The notes beneath the pieces are model-generated. The model saw only the letters and a program-made list of their open reading frames with translations. It had not been told where the DNA came from and did not search any database. From Paramecium tetraurelia (taxonomy: Eukaryota), in NCBI GenBank assembly GCA_000165425.1, contig CT868053.1, forward strand, positions 124,001 to 188,000: a stretch of 64,000 bases of DNA. The letters run 5' to 3'. Position numbers and translations under genes: made by a program. Below are positions 62,015 through 64,000 of this stretch, piece after piece (the stretch's first letter is position 1; each line of letters starts with the position of its first letter).

Positions 62015-64000
62015 ATGAGTCGAACTGAATAAGTATAGCCTACTATTAAGAGAATTCCAATACCAGAACAAAATATTCCATAACTTAAATTTCTAAAAAA
62101 ACATAAATTTATGAGCCTCATTAGCGAAAATTAAAATTTTCTTTCGTAAGAAAGCCTCGATAAAACTGAAGATGCATGTATTTCAATAGATACAAAACAA
62201 TAGAATGATCATAAATTTTATCCAAATCATCTTGGATAAAACGATAGTTGGATTTCAAAATTTTTTTTTCTGCATTACACTTCTTATGCTTTGCTTTTAA
62301 GAAGTGAAGTGTTAAACAAAAGACTTAAAATTACAGACAAACACCTCCCAAAATTGTCTCCTGATGATGATTTATTAGAATAGGTCGAAAAAGCATAAAA
62401 CAGAATTTAAAAACTGAACCTGATTAGTTTTAGAACATTAGTTAAGCTCATATTTTTTGGCGAATTGAAATGGATAACAGGAAAATGTATTGTTACCTAT
62501 GTTATAGAGTCCGTTTCAAAAAATGGAATTTCTTTTATTATGAGTTTTGTCATAGGTAGTGTATCTTAAAATGATTACGAAAATGCTCATTATTATGGGA
62601 TTATTTTAGTAATATTAAATTTCATTTGTTTGTTGAGCAGGCATCATGCTGCCAATTATTCATTGGTATTTTCAACCAAAGCACGTCTAAGTTTAATAAA
62701 TTTAGTATATATTAAATTGATTGGGTTAAATTCCTACTCATTTAAGTAAGCAAATATAGGCAAGATCTTAAATATAATATCTGGAGACATCAACACATTA
62801 GAATAAATGTTTAGTATGATATTTCCAAGTAGCGTTGTTATAATTTCAATGTTCTTCGCTTGTTTTATATTGTGGAATAGATTTGATGGCATAATTGGTT
62901 TATTGGCAGTCCTATTAGTATTTCTTGCATACCCAATTTAAATCATAATATAATCATACAATTAAGAAACCCTCAAATAAGCAAAACTTCATTAGGATTA
63001 AAGATTACGAATTACCAACCAATTCATAGAAGGAATTAGATTAATAAAAATGTAAGCATGGGAATAAGCCTTTTAAAAAATGATAAGTGGTTTAAGACAA
63101 ATTGAATATTTGAGTTTACTAAAAATACTCATAAGAACTGCAATAGATAGATTATTTTCTCAAACTTCACATATTTGGACAAGTTTATTATTTTTTATAT
63201 TGTTATATTACTGTGATTTTAGAAATGGAATGAGGATGGCTGAGATGATTTCCACATTATAACTCTTAAATGTATTACGAGTTTCATGTGTATATATGGT
63301 TTCAAATGGAATATAAGCCTTTATTTAAATTAAAGTTACTTTTGAGAGAATTGCAAATGTGTTAAACCTAGAAAATTTTGTGATGAATAAAGTTGATGAT
63401 TTTAATGAAGTAAAGTAAATTGAGAAAGAACAAAGCAGAATTGAATTAATCAATTTTAGTGCATATTGGACACATTCAGTATCTGAAAATGATTAACCAA
63501 TTTTAAAAAATTTGAATTTAAATTTTTAAGAAGGAGAATTATGGGCTATCATTGGAAGAGTAGGATGTGGGAAATCAACACTTTTGCAATCTTTGTTATG
63601 TGAAATTCCAGCCTATAAAGGATTAATTTTAATTGATGGATAAGAACCATAATAAAACAAATTAAAAATTGGTTATGTGGAATAAGAACCATTTTTATTT
63701 CCAGACACAATAAGAAATAATATTTTATTTGGAAAAGCCTATAGTAAAACTTTGTATGAGAAGGTTATTTGGGTTGCATAATTGGAATCTGATTTTGAAT
63801 TAATGAAATTTAGAGATAAGACAGAAATTGGAGAAAGAGGTATCACACTTTCTGGAGGATAGAAAGCGAGAATCTCTTTAGCCAGAGCTCTATATTAAAT
63901 GCCTGATGTATACTTATTTGATGATCCTTTATCTGCTGTTGATGCAAGTGTTGCTCAAAAAATATTCACAGTTGCTATTAAGCAATTCATTTTTGATTAT
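62015..64000 (+). CDS. ABCC (MRP-type) transporter, 5' part (runs off window end)
   Basis: GKILNIISGD, DQRLRITNQFIEGIRLIKMQAWE, Walker A GRVGCGKST, EIGERGITLSGGQKARISLARA, DDPLSAVD. Confidence 0.95.

Noticed and set aside
63051..63056. TAA at the normally Tyr position of ABCC KMYAWE, hinting at TAA=Tyr
   Set aside because: TAA and TAG align to Gln at many other conserved sites; a single TAT/TAC->TAA substitution explains it
1..64000. Transposons, IESs, telomeric repeats, CRISPR or prokaryotic defence systems
   Set aside because: I found no transposase, terminal repeats, telomeric tracts or spacer arrays; the window looks like processed macronuclear DNA

Overview
This window is AT-rich, gene-dense eukaryotic DNA that reads as a ciliate macronuclear chromosome segment, most consistent with Paramecium. 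TAA/TAG encode Gln (e.g. TAG in the ABC motif LSGG-Q-KAR, TAA in proteasome GKLL-Q-IEYA), TGA is the only stop, genes carry ~20-35 nt GT..AG introns, and many intergenic gaps are only 12-100 nt. The supplied standard-code ORF track is therefore mostly fragments or antisense shadows, so I re-translated genes by hand with code 6; boundaries are approximate where introns were inferred. About 35 protein genes are present. Recognisable ones are an ATM1-like ABCB, an ABCC, thymidine kinase, IFT122, a MORN protein, a DP transcription factor, a GAF protein, SAPS, a two-pore channel, CK1 and other kinases, a hybrid histidine kinase, 14-3-3, importin-5, PSMA2, a P450 and a mitochondrial carrier. There is also a tRNA-Arg(ACG). 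The most notable observations are: (1) candidate unannotated snoRNAs in intergenic gaps, one H/ACA-like with a pocket matching a conserved 18S pseudouridine site; (2) a tRNA with U53:A61 in place of the near-universal G53:C61; (3) a two-pore channel with a 9-charge S4 and non-canonical filters; (4) a local kinase family that includes a kinase-less member made only of the C-terminal domain; (5) a catalytically degenerate histidine kinase next to a decayed tandem copy; (6) E2F-type sites upstream of thymidine kinase; (7) several predicted pseudo-enzymes. No database searches were run.
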